This document shows positions 36,514 to 49,400 of a DNA stretch of 64,000 nt, in pieces. The stretch lies in contig NC_043010.1 of NCBI RefSeq assembly GCF_006345805.1, positions 24,242,001 to 24,306,000 on the forward strand, given 5' to 3'. Origin of the DNA: Octopus sinensis (taxonomy: Eukaryota). How positions within the stretch are numbered: the first letter of the stretch is position 1; each line of letters opens with the position of its first letter. The notes under the pieces are model-generated. The model did no database searches. It saw only the letters and a program-made list of their open reading frames with translations, and was not told where the DNA came from. A program made the position numbers and the translations under genes.

Positions 36514-37079
36514 TATATATTATATTAAATTAGAGATAAAAACACTATTAGGCAAATCAAACAGTGAAAATCATAAACCAATACATAGAAATAAATTAAT
36601 TAATAAAATAAAAAATTCAAAAATTTAGAGATAAATGAAGAGATCTGTTTTATGTTGGGAACCACACTTCTTACCACATAGCCACGCCGGTGAACTTTAT
36701 TTCTATAGTTGCAACTTCATGGGTTGTTTTATGTACAATTGAACTGGAATCTTCCATGCACAAACGAGAATGAAACTTAATGATAAAATGTTCTGTTAAA
36801 CAATGCAGAATGATAATTAGAGAATCTAATGTTTTAATTTATTCTAATCCACTTAGCTATTAATGGTTTATAGGATTTTTGATTTTAGCAATGGTAAAAT
36901 ATATCAGAAAACTTATCCGTAAAGACTGATAATATAATAAATGATACAATAAAAAAAATGATATCGTTAAATGATAGTTTCATTTGGATTTTTCAATTTT
37001 ATGGATTTCCAGTAGTTGGAGGAATGGAAAACGTTGTCAAAATGGAATTGGTGAGCTGAAAAGCAATAAAGGAATAATT

Positions 37080-37212
37080 ATACTGAGTAGATGATAGATA
37101 GGTGATTAGGAGAGATAGATATGGATATAGATTGATAGGTTGGTAGATAGATAGATATAGATGCAGATAGATAGATAGATAGATAGTTAGATAGATAGAT
37201 AGATAGATAGAT

Positions 37213-37246
<34 letters not shown>

Positions 37247-37263
37247 CAGACAGATAGATAGAT

Positions 37264-37339
<76 letters not shown>

Positions 37340-37340
37340 C

Positions 37341-37391
<51 letters not shown>

Positions 37392-37392
37392 C

Positions 37393-37437
<45 letters not shown>

Positions 37438-37483
37438 GTAGGTAGGTAGGTACATAGATAGTTAGACGGACAGATAGACAGAC

Positions 37484-37575
<92 letters not shown>
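37080..37575. repeat. (GATA)n microsatellite
   Basis: About 500 bp of GATA repeats abutting the Tx1 3' end. Confidence 0.97.
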
Positions 37576-37576
<1 letters not shown>

Positions 37577-37868
37577 CCTTTTATTGTAGCCACACAGGGC
37601 TAAACACAGAATAAAAATGGACGAAATACAATGTAGAATTTTTTTCTTTTCGAGGTGGGATGGGTGGGGCACAAAAAAGAAAAAAAAACGTTTGATCAAT
37701 AGGGATCTGTGGGTTGTGTGGTGTATAAAAAAACAATATATATATATATAAAGTTCACAGTTTAGGTGTAGCCTTGGAAAAAAAACCTACAAAAAGACCA
37801 AGGTCACCTCAGACAGTTCGAAAATGAACACATGAATAAGTCACCTTACCTCTCGTTGTCTCTTTTGG

Positions 37869-40800
37869 TTACAGATTTACGCTTAAAATAGAGTTGTCTT
37901 TCATACTGACCATTTTTGCCACTTTTACCCACTTTTTATTAAAACATTCGTTCGACAAAGCCTTCCTCTCTATTCTCATCCTCCTTTTCAAGTGGTACTT
38001 GAAAAAGTTGACGAGAGACTGACCAGAGAGGAAGGTGTTTATTTGCAGTCCTTTCAAATGCGTCCACCACACACATTCTTTCGCCATAGCCATCAGCGTA
38101 ACGAAAACTGTTTTCCCTTCCCGTTTAAAGGAAGATGGTGGAACAATATTCACGATAGACTCGGCCGATAAGCGGGGCCCGTCCTACACGCGACAACAGC
38201 TGTTCGACGAAGGTCCACAGCTCTGAAATATCTGGACACTGCACGGGTGCGTGCAGAACGGTTTCGTCGCTCTGACCGCATCTCGGGCAGGTCGGTCCGG
38301 TGATGGTTTTCGAACCGTGCCTGTAGCTCTTCTCTCGAACAGGTAGTGCGTCTCGATAGCATTGCCAAGCCAGGGATTTCTGGAAGTTATCCATAGGCCC
38401 CGGCCCGAACGTCGTCCTGAACAGGCGGGTTAGGAATTTCTCGTCGACGCCCAGGTTTGCCCCGAGTGTGTCGTCGGACCTCCCCTCCACTAGTCCTCTA
38501 TAGAACGCTTTAGTCGTTTGTAAGTTGCACAAGTTTGACCCCGGTCGGCAGAGCTGCTGTAGAGCTTGGCGACACTCTCGGTGCCAGTCGCCCAGTTTCG
38601 GTCTCTTCTTGATCTACGTTTGCAGTTCGGTCAGTGAGACGAGCTGCGGGAAGGCGCGCCTCATAAACGGCGCCCACACCTGTTCACCGTCATCGATGAA
38701 GTTCCAGAGATGTCGCAGTCTCAGCGCATGCCTGCGCATCATCAACCACTGCATGCCCAGTCCTCCATTCAACGGATGTTGACAGCAAATGGACTTCCTC
38801 ACCATCGGAACGCCACCCTTCCACAGGAAGCGGAAGAGTATGCGCTCCAGTTTGGTGATGGTGGCGTCGGGACAAGGCACGACGGTCAGGCGGTAATCGA
38901 TCACGGATGCGATGTACGCGTTCGCCACCTCCGCCCGACCTTTTAGAGACATCTTTCTCTCGGCCCATGTTTGGCTGAGAGCGACCACTCTACTCGTGAT
39001 CTCGTCCCAGTTCTTATCCATTTGGAGGTCCGGACTGAACCAGACCCCGAGCAATTTAACCGGTCCGTCCGTCCACCGTCCCACTACTGAGCCGCAGTCG
39101 GACGGCATGGGCTTGCTTTTCCAGGTGCCGAGTAGCAAACCCACTGACTTTTCCGGGTTAATCTTCGCTCCCGTCACCGTTTCGTATTTTCTTAGTGTCT
39201 CGCCTATCATCTGGATGTGTTTGTCGCTCGACACTATGACGGTGACATCATCCGCATATGCCGACACGCTCGTCCCACAACCCAGTTCCCGTGGGATGTC
39301 CCTCAGCGTCGCCAGCTTCCGCAGTAGCGGCTCGAGAGTCAATACATACAGAAGCGCCGACAAGGGACACCCTGACGGACCGAACGCGTGATGTCAAACG
39401 GTTTCGACAGGTGACTGTTCACCCGAATCACCGATCGGATGCCGCTATACAAGGCAGCGATCCAACCGCGGAAGACGGGACTGAAGCCAGCCGCCCTGAG
39501 GACGGCCGCCAAGTACCGATGGTCGACCCTATCGAAGGCTTTAGACTGATCCAAATTGATCAGCGCCCCACCCATGCCAGGATCCTTAACTACCCTGTCC
39601 ACAATGTAGCGCATCAGATGGATGTTGTCATGCATGGTTCTGCCCGGCACGGCGCATGTTTGCGCCCTGTCGACCAGTTTACCAATGACATGCGCCAACC
39701 TCTCAGCTATTACTTTGGCCAAAATTTTCAAATCTGCGTTGAGCAGAGTGATGGGCCTGAAATTATCTATAAAATTCCCCTTGTTTGGGTCTTTCTTCAG
39801 CAACGTCACTGCACCTCGGCTCACGAAACCGGGGATTCTCCCGTTTTGTTGCCAGTTGCAGTAGACTGATGCCAAGAGGTCGCCAAATAAGTCTGGCATT
39901 TGACAATACAGCTCGTAGGGCAAACTATCCAATCCAGGCGACTTATCCCTCGCGCAGCCCGCCATCGCATCCCGCACGTCAGCGGCTGTGATGGGACTTT
40001 CACAATTCTCCGCTTCTCTTGCCGAGAGCCGCGGCAGGTTGGTCAGGTAGGCACTGAAATCCATCCCGCGTTCCGACCCACCACTCGCACCAAACAGTCG
40101 AGCAAAGTGCTGTTGAAAGGCCTCACACATCCTTTCGGGTTCGAGTAAACTGCATCCCAGTTGATCTATTATAGACTGAATGGTGGCTCTGTTGCCACGC
40201 TGCGCCTCCGCTACCCGGTCCTCTCGCGCAGCTTCGATCCCTTCGTTCCTTAAGGCACACATTTTAGCTCTGACGACGCAACCCTCGTGCTTGGCGTTGA
40301 GGTGTTGGTCGAGGGCCATCCTCGCAGCCAGCACGCTGGTTGCGCTGCCAGTGGTAAGTGCCTCTTCTAGTTTCTCAACCAGGTCACCTTCTACACTATT
40401 TCGATCTATCGCTAATTCCTTGCTAAACCTAATTGATTCCGATTTTATTGCCATTTTCAGGGCGAACCACCAGCGGTTGTTAACGACGGCTCCCGTCAGC
40501 GCCCCTCTTAATTAACTCGCTAATCCGGTTCCTGTAAACCTGTCGCGCTAAGAGCGACGTGTCCAGTTTCCAGTAGCCGGGACCCTGTCTATGTGTCTTA
40601 TCTAAGTCGAGCGTACACGTCACAAATTTGTGATCTGTGTAGCTGACTATTTTAAATTGTGGACATCCTACACTATCCCTATCCGCTGTCCTGCATTGAA
40701 TTCTATCTAGATAAGATCTCGACGATCCGACGCGGTTTGTCCAAGTCCGCGTTGGCACGTTCGAATGGTCTAGTCGGAACCTGTCAGACAAATGAAAACG

Positions 40801-41310
40801 TCTGAGTAGGTCTTTGAGGCACTTACACCCTCTTCTATTCCTATTCATTCCCACATAATCTAGATGCGTGTCCAAGGTAGCGTTCCAATCCCCTACTAAC
40901 AGTAAAGGTCTAGACGTACCCAGGAAAACCTCTAGACGTCTGAAGAAATCCGCCCGACCCGTTAAGGACGGTGCATAAACTGCCATCAAACGGAATGCAC
41001 ACCCATTTCTGCCATCCACGTCCAAGACAACCAGCCTACCCTCCGGGTCTAGGAATATTGTTCTTACTTTTACATTTAGACTCTTTCGAAAAAGCACCGC
41101 GGTACCTCCACCACCCATATTCGGCAGACAGGGAGAAAAATAAATGTCGAATTGATCGCCAAACATGGACGCGAAGGCCCGCGGCTTGCAGAGTCTGGTT
41201 TCACTGGTAGCTACTATATCCACGTTCAGTGACTTGATGTCGTTTAGAAGGTAACCTTCTTTCCAAGCCGACGCCAAGCCACGCGCATTCACACAACCTA
41301 ATTTAAGCAT
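37869..41310 (-). pseudogene. Tx1 ORF2: APE endonuclease, RT, C-terminal Zn motif; several frameshifts
   Basis: MLKLGCVNARG, ATSETRL, LVGDWN, YTDHK, GPGYWK; KSPGLD, FRPITLLNADLKILAK, LDQSKAFDRV, SVRQG, AYADD; CPRCGQSDETVLH. Confidence 0.93.
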
Positions 41311-41376
41311 AATTGACGTTTAAGGAGTTTGTGTTTCACACACTACATTGGAAGAGACAAGAGGCAAAAGGGAAGG

Positions 41377-43246
41377 TCACTTACTCATTTCGAAAGTTTG
41401 AGTTTTTTCTTCTTCTTTTGTAGTGTCTTTGAGGAGCTGTTTGTATAGTTTTTTTGAGAGGTATCGTTGAAACCCGCCTACCGCATTTGGAAATATTGTT
41501 TTCAGTGTATGGTGTTGTGTTTGTGTTATGTGTACAATTCTTATGTGTTTCGGTGGTGTGGTGCGCGGATGATTATTTGTCTTAAAGTCATCTTCACAGA
41601 TGTTCGTGTTGGATGCAATATAATCCATTAATTTTTTATTGTCTGTGTCTATTGCAGTTAGTTGTGTGTGGTGGTTTTGCGGGTTCATTGATTTTTTAAA
41701 TTGTCTAGGGGGATGCTGTCCAGAGTTAAATATCTCCCTGCTTTACTTACTTGTTTGGTGGGCTTTTTTGATCTTTTCCTTTTACCCCCTGTGACTATTT
41801 GCCATTCCGTCGAACTTTCGTCGTTGGACGACGAGTCCGACGAATCAGAAAGGGGTAAAGGCAAAGCATTTGCGTTAATATGTACGCTTGTAGAAATTGT
41901 CGATGTTTTGTGTGGTGTTTGTGTTGTTGAGGTGTTAGGGGTAGAATTTGTCTTCTCGTCACTGTTTTCTGTTTTTTTAGTTGTCGTCCTCGGTGTTGGT
42001 GTTGGTCTATCTTTTGTTGGTTCAGTATGTTGAATTGGTTGCGACGTCAACGGTGATTGTGTTGGTGCTGCTTCTTTTCTTGGTGATGTTGTTAGGGTTT
42101 GTTGGCTGGTTTGTTATTTTTCTTTTGGCATTGTTCCATAATTGAGTGTGTTGTTGTTGGTGTTGGTGTTGGCAACAAGGGTTTTTTATTTGTTTTCTGA
42201 TTTGTTCTTTCTTGTTTTTCTGTGCCAGAGCGCACTTGGCAATTAAATGTTCTGGGCTGCCACAGTTGTAGCATCTAGGCTTTTTGCCTTCTGCTACAAC
42301 ATATAGGTTTTGCCCATTTTCTAAATGGATCCTATCAGGTAGGTTCTCGATAGAGGACCCCTCAATCTGGATGGTCACTACTATTGTTTTACCACCCCAA
42401 TTGTCGTTTTTGCACACGGCGGTTTCTAATATGTTTATCGTTTTCAAATGGTAACAGATCGCTCCTGTTATCCATTTGTTAGGTATCTCGGGGGGTACAT
42501 TTTTAATGCTAATTCTACTCACTCTCTGGCCTTTTGTAATATGGGATCATGATGATTTCATCATTTTGCATCCTTAGAGTGAGCTTTTGCCATTTCCTGG
42601 TTAGGGAAGCGGACCACCACTGTATTAAACTGGGGGCCCCAGTTTATATATTCTTTTTTTTCATTATGTTTTTTAAACACTTTTCTATGTCCGTTTTTGT
42701 AATCTGTTTATTTTGTTTTTTGTTTTTTTTTATAATTTTATATATATATTTGTCTTATTTTCTATTTGTTCCTTTATGTGTTGAGGTGTATGCAGCCCTA
42801 AATCCTGCTCGGGTTGTAAAGAGTCCTTTCGTTTCTATTAACTCTTCATTCGTAAATATTATTATTCCTTTTTTCTGACGCAGGGCGTCAGCGAAATTTA
42901 TCGTTATATTCTGGCAGTTGTTGTCGTTGTGTGTTTTTGTTGTTGTATCCGAAATATTCTTGTACGTGGCTCTTACAGGTGCTGTTGATTCTATTATATT
43001 AATAACTTCACTATTAGATGGTAAAATATTTATTTCATTTTTGTTGTTGTTCTTGTTTTTGTTAATACTATTCGCGTGAGTTTCATTTTTATCATTTATG
43101 TTGGTCGTGGTGGTGGTGGTGGTGGTGGTGGTGGTGGTGGTGGTGGAGGTGGTGGTGATTGCAGTAGTAGTCTCGTTGTTGTTGTTGTTAGTGGTGGTGG
43201 TGGTGACAGGGCTGTTACCGCAAGTGGTTGCAGCGTTCACTACCAC
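41377..43246 (-). pseudogene. Tx1 ORF1 (gag-like, CCHC knuckle), frameshifted
   Basis: RISIKNVPPEIP...VVAEGKKPRCYNCGSPEHLIAKC; Thr/Asn-rich N-terminus and Ser/Thr-rich C-terminal half. Confidence 0.8.
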
Positions 43247-43748
43247 GTCACTCAGATTTGTCGAATGTGTGTGCGTGCATAAGTTCTTTTTTCTCCTAGC
43301 GTTTCAAGTCTAGGAAAATGCTGGTCCATAAAAGAACGCGACCAGCGTTCCTTTATAACATTTATTGACATTAAAAAATGTCAAGAAGAAAAATACACAA
43401 ATTAAATAGGGTTGAAACTGCCCCTAGGGGCGAATTCCTCCCTTGGAAAAGCACTCAAACGAAAGTTGGGTGCCTTACACACCTTATTTACAAAAATGTA
43501 CACAAAATATGGGCTATAAATAGTCAAAATAAACGATTACCTTCGGAGCCGAGGTGACAACACGTCAGTCGATAGATAGATAGATAGATAGATACATACA
43601 TACATACATACATACATACATACATACATACATACATACATACATACATACATACATAGGTGATTTAATTAGACCGCAGACATATATATTTACTTATATG
43701 TATACACACACATATACATGATATTATGTATGTATATATATATGATAT

Positions 43749-43804
<56 letters not shown>

Positions 43805-43860
43805 AAAAATATAAATATTTGTAAGAATGGAGTTGAACGACGAATTAACAAAATTCCTTT

Positions 43861-43945
43861 ATTTTCGACATATGTTTCGAAGGCTGCATATTACTAATTG
43901 CGAAGGAATGAGGAGTAAATTATGCCGCTTTCTCATCAGCAAAAG
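43861..43945 (-). ncRNA. Hammerhead ribozyme in PLE pseudo-LTR
   Basis: ttttg-CTGATGA-gaaagc ggcata...tatgca gccttc-GAAA-CATATG-TC|gaaaa; G.G mismatch at the first stem I pair. Confidence 0.7.
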
Positions 43946-44530
43946 CAAGGAACTTATGTCAACATCAAAATTCACAGAAAACTTTTAGATGATTGCTCAC
44001 ACGGAGCCCATAGCGATAATGAGTGTCTCTTTAAAATGTTCCTTTATAAGGAGTGACGTCAAAATGGTTGGATGTAGAAGATTCTAGAAGGTTCTAAAGG
44101 TTCAAAGGTTCAAACGAAGTTGGAGGAGAGAGGCATAAAAATAGGAAGGTGAAAGGGTGCAGGTCGTATGAATGGTGAGTTTTGTTATTTTCTTTTGTGA
44201 ATGAGTGCCTGTGTGTGTGACTGTATATAATGTGTGCGTGTGTGCATGTGTGTGCGTGATTGTGTATGTGGATGGGTAGATGTCAGAAAACAGACAGTGG
44301 TGAGGTGACAGGTTTGTGTCTGTGTGTTTGATGGTGCTTACTATAGATAGAAGGAAAGAGAGAGAGAAAGAGAAGGAAAGAGGAGGGCGAGGTAGAGGGA
44401 CAAAGGCAACACATACCTCACTGGGTTGGGTAGTAGCTCCTTGAAAGTATTAAAAAAAAATTATGGGGGTGAATTATATAAAAAAAGGAGTTATATTAAT
44501 TAAAATTCAAGGGGTTATCTATATTAATCG

Positions 44531-45425
44531 TTATTCATATGAGTGAAATGCGTGTTTTTGCCAGTGCATGCACCTGTAGGATCTCTCGACGATTGTATTT
44601 ATTAAAGGGACTTTGGCGAACAAAATATGAAAAAGTTCGGAATTACAGACGCCACAAAGTTTTCTGCCCTTATCAAACGGAAAGGACACCGACAATATGG
44701 ACCATACCAGCTTGAAAGTTGTATTGCTGTCCTTCAGACGCCAAACTAATTTACTTTGTCCCGTGCTGTGTTGTTTTCTCTTATCTCGGAAAGTTGAATA
44801 ATGATTGGAGATCCTTTGGGCTAATTTAGAAGAAGTTGCTACAATGTAGAAGAAGACATCGGTTCCAGAAGAAATTTTGCACTGATAAATGGTGTTTCTA
44901 ATTTTGGATTTTTTGGATAAGAACTTTAATCTGTTGGGGTTAACCTCCGATACTAAGACAGAGTTTTTCTTGTTATGATAGGTGTAAATATTGTTGCTAG
45001 TATTGGCCACGATACTATTCATCTTATTATCATTACTATTAATAGTAATATCGTCGGCAATTTCTCTGACTATAGGAATGCTGGTATTGTTATCATCAAT
45101 AATACAACTGTTATTAGAAATGCTGTTACTATTACCACTAACACCACCACTGTTAATAATCCGGCTAATATTATTATCATTATTACTATTGTTAACGCCA
45201 ATGCTGCTATGAATGTTGCTAATATCAATACTATTTCTATTATTATTATTATTGTATGTTAGGTTGGAATTGGTAAGGGCAGTGTCGCTACTCCTGGGTG
45301 TTGAGTCCTTATTTAGCAGCTTATTATTATGGGAGGCAATTATCTGCGATAGATTTCTAGTGTTGGAGAATGCAATCCTCACCTTATGCGAATTGATAGT
45401 AGAGTAATACCTAGAATTCCTGTTT
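44531..45425 (-). pseudogene. PLE ORF C-terminal part: thumb end, Asn-rich linker, GIY-YIG endonuclease
   Basis: NSHKVRIAFSNTRNLSQIIASHNNK...TIYQC...FYIVATSSKLAQRISNH...CGVCNSE...CMH; YIG mutated to YIV. Confidence 0.85.
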
Positions 45426-45673
45426 TTTTTTTGGTTTTTTAATACTTTCAAGGAACTACTACCCAACCCAGTGAGGTATGTGTTGCTTTTGTCCATCTAC
45501 CTCGCCCTCCTCTTTCCCTCACTTTCTCTCTCTCTTTCCCTCTATCTATAGTAAGCACCATCAAACACACAGACACAAACCTGTCACCTCACCACTCATT
45601 ATCGCTATGGGCTCCGTGTGAGCAATCATCTAAGAGTTTTTTGTGCATTTTGATGTTGACATAAGTTCCTTGC

Positions 45674-45756
45674 TTTTCCTGATGAGAAAGCGGCATAATG
45701 TACTCCTCATTCCTTCGCAATTAGGAATATGCAGCCTTCGAAACATATGTCGAAAA
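45674..45756 (+). ncRNA. Hammerhead ribozyme in inverted pseudo-LTR, intact
   Basis: TTTTC-CTGATGA-gaaagc...gccttc-GAAA-CATATG-TC|GAAAA; predicted cleavage after 45751. Confidence 0.85.
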
Positions 45757-46004
45757 TAAAGGAATTTTGTTAATTCGTCGTTCAACTAAATTCCTTCATA
45801 TATTTATATTTTTAAAATAAACATACAAATTTCCACACGAAAGCACGTAATCTATGTCCTAGGCACGTAACTTCAACCGTGTATTTTCTGATGTGAATTT
45901 GCTACCCAGGTATCGGTTAATTCGAATTAACCATAATAAGATATTTCATTCAATTACTCAAATATTATATATATATATATAATATATATATATATATATG
46001 ATAT

Positions 46005-46048
<44 letters not shown>

Positions 46049-46147
46049 AATATATAAGATATATATTACATATTTGTTATACATATGCATGCATACAAAC
46101 AGATTTATAGATACATATATTATACATATATATAATATACATTATAT

Positions 46148-46183
<36 letters not shown>

Positions 46184-46339
46184 ACCCAAAAATAAGCAAC
46201 AAGAATGGATCGGTTGCTTATTTTTGGGTTGTAATCACCCCACATAATTTTATGGATAATACCATAAAAAAATTCTGATGCATCTAAGTTAAGTACCATA
46301 TTCATTTGAATCTAAATTGTTTTGCTGATATATATATAT

Positions 46340-46411
<72 letters not shown>

Positions 46412-46709
46412 TGCGGATATTTGATAGCTAAATATACGGCAATTGTTATCTGCTGCTGCTGTTGTCGCAGCTAGGCTAGCAAGAGAGACGTTCGTACAGA
46501 TTGTAGTGTGCACAGATTCTCATAGATAATTAGACAGATTCATTTTACAGAGAAAAGCCTGGCATCCATTATCTATTAATGTTCTAGCTATCTTCACAGA
46601 AACACGGTGCTGTGATTACTTGATATAGAAGTTTAAATAGACAAAACTACACTTAAAAGAATCCAACATCCGTTTTCACTAAAGCAAAAGTATACGTGAT
46701 GTCTCTATA

Positions 46710-47180
<471 letters not shown>

Positions 47181-47949
47181 ATGATCTTATTCCATCGGTA
47201 CTTTTATATGATAATAGCTGTTGCTTCGTGGTTGCAAGTGTATTTTACAGCCTTCTGTTCTACTTCGCCGACAATGATATACCGGATGTTGAATAGATAT
47301 GTTGTTTAATTTCATTGAGTTTTCGAGATCAGAACATAATTTTGCCTTTATTCCCCTTTGATTAGAATAAACACATATCCGTGTTCTGTTGGTATTGTGG
47401 AATTTAAGTGTAGGTGGTTTCTGTAACGACAATATAGTACGTGTTGAAAGTTATTGGAACATATTTAGGAAACATAAACTCTCTTTGCGTTGCTTATATT
47501 TAATTATACAGCTAGGATTAGTGATATAAAACGATAAAAATATCAAAATAATTATATGGCGTTCTCGTGGATTCTTCCTTAACCTGATTCAGTACAAAGA
47601 ATTCGAAATTGCAGTATGTGAATTCGATTTTGTTAATTATCGAAAATGCGCTTCAGATGAGGGATGTTAAAACGTTTGTCCTTGCAGGAAGCATAAAGTA
47701 AATCTCGCGTACCGGATGGGGGCAGCTATGACTAAAATTTCTATTATAATGTAGACCAAATTAAGGAGATGAAGGAATAAATATACATTAAAGAAATAGG
47801 TCCATATGAGAGGTGCTGTCGTGATAAATAACGCAGTATCTTGTATTGTAAAAGAACTTCCACTTTTACGTGGTGATAAATATCACCTTATGTATGTGTA
47901 TGTATATAAAAAATTAAGATTATACGCGCGAGTAAATATATATTGAACA

Positions 47950-48135
47950 TCACCGCTTGACAACCGGTGTTAGTGTGTTTATGTCCCCATAACTTAGCGG
48001 TTCGACAAAGAGACCGATAGAATAAGTATTAGACTTTAAAAATAAGTCCTATGTTCGGTTTGTTCGACTAAAACACTTCAAGGCAGTGTTCCAGCATGGC
48101 CGCAGTCAAATGAGTGAAACAAGTAAAATAATAAA
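47950..48135 (+). mobile_element. SINE 3' portion
   Basis: cgcttgacaaccggtgttagtgtgtttatgtccccataacttagcggttcg...ccagcatggccgcagtcaaatg. Confidence 0.8.
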
Positions 48136-48704
48136 TAAGAAAAAGAAAACGTTCGGTGAACTTTATTATTGGGACCAGAAAGAAAATGGTTTTGGTCGCT
48201 GAAGACTTCATACAGAAATAAAATGAAAAGAAATTGAAAAAAACATAAACTAAATTTTCATAATAATCAGTGGAGCAAGTTCCTGTACTTTCCTAATAAA
48301 AATCGCACGGCGTTGCTTTTCATGTCCTGACTGTTGATACCTGGTAATAGGTAGGTCTAATGGTTGGTCGTGTGAAGAGGCACTGTAGGGGTAATAGTAG
48401 CAGGTAGGCCTGTTGATAATAAGGACAGTAGAAGTAATGGCAACAGTTATCGCCCCCTGTTATTTATTCATCGATTTAATAAGAGTAATGTTGTTGATGG
48501 CTGTTATTTTCTTTTTTCTTTCTTTTTCTCTATTCTTTACATGCTCCCTCGGGAACATTCTTTGCATTATGTGGCAAAATCACAGAGGTTGTCTCTTGTG
48601 CGGTTACAGTCCGTGCTAGTCAGAACAGGTTACGCGATTCCCCTACTAGATTAACGGTTCCTGGAAAAACTGATCTCAATGGAACTGCAGCGATGTAAAC
48701 TCAC

Positions 48705-48854
48705 CCTAAGAAGCTAGGAGAGTCATGAAATCCACAATGAAGCCTTCACTAAAGACCTTCCACCATACAGTGTGGGAGCAGAAGGATTTGGATACAGTGG
48801 GACGGCGTGCGGGAATCTTCAAGGGTTTTGAGTTATTTGAGGCGAGCTGAGTAA
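48705..48854 (-). other. Candidate 150-nt spliced exon of an unidentified transcript
   Basis: Polypyrimidine tract, CCTAAC branch-like site, TGCAG| acceptor and GG|GTGAGT donor; all three frames contain a stop. Confidence 0.4.
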
Positions 48855-49094
48855 CTGCAGCTGAACAACAAGGGCATGTTAGGAAGGAAAATGCAAACAG
48901 AAAAGAAAGGCAAAGAGAACATCTGTTGCCGCATACATGTCCTGCCCACACTGCTAAAGCTATTTCTGATTTACGAGTTGTCTGCGCATACACGTGATCT
49001 GACCCACCCAACAAAATCCAATAGAATTCATTTGATCGACGGAGAAAGTTAATGCACACACATGCATATACATACATGTAAATATATATATAAA

Positions 49095-49400
49095 GGCGCG
49101 TGGCTTAGAGGATAGGGCATTCGGCTTATGATCGTGAGGTCGTGAGGTCGTGAGTTCAATTCTCGGGGCGACTTGTGACCTTGAGCAATACACTTTGTTT
49201 TACGCTGCTCCAGTCAGCTGGCAAAAATGAGTGGTACCAGAATTTCAAAGGGCCAGCCTTGTCACATTCTGTGTCACACTGAATCTCCCTGAGAACTACG
49301 TAAGGGGTACACGTGTCTGTGGTGTGCTCAGACACTTGCACGTTAATTTCACAGGCAAGCTATTCCGTTGCTCGTATCAGCTGGGACCGTCCTCGTGGAG
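49095..49400 (+). mobile_element. tRNA-derived CORE-type SINE, homolog of 16897-17217
   Basis: ggcgcgtggcttagaggatagggcattcggc...gagttcaattctc...ccttgagcaatacactt...gtatcagctgggacc. Confidence 0.85.

Larger units (their letters stand above)
37576..43570 (-). mobile_element. Full-length (~6.0 kb) Tx1/L1-clade LINE inserted in (GATA)n
   Basis: Two-ORF layout; 3' end AATAAAAGG joins (TATC)n; 5' end GACTGACGTG follows (TATC)n. Confidence 0.92.
43803..45962 (-). mobile_element. 5'-truncated Hydra-type Penelope-like element with 3' pseudo-LTR and inverted 5' pseudo-LTR
   Basis: 45440-45595 is the reverse complement of 44295-44455, and 45595-45825 of 43803-44030; (TA)n flanks. Confidence 0.88.
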
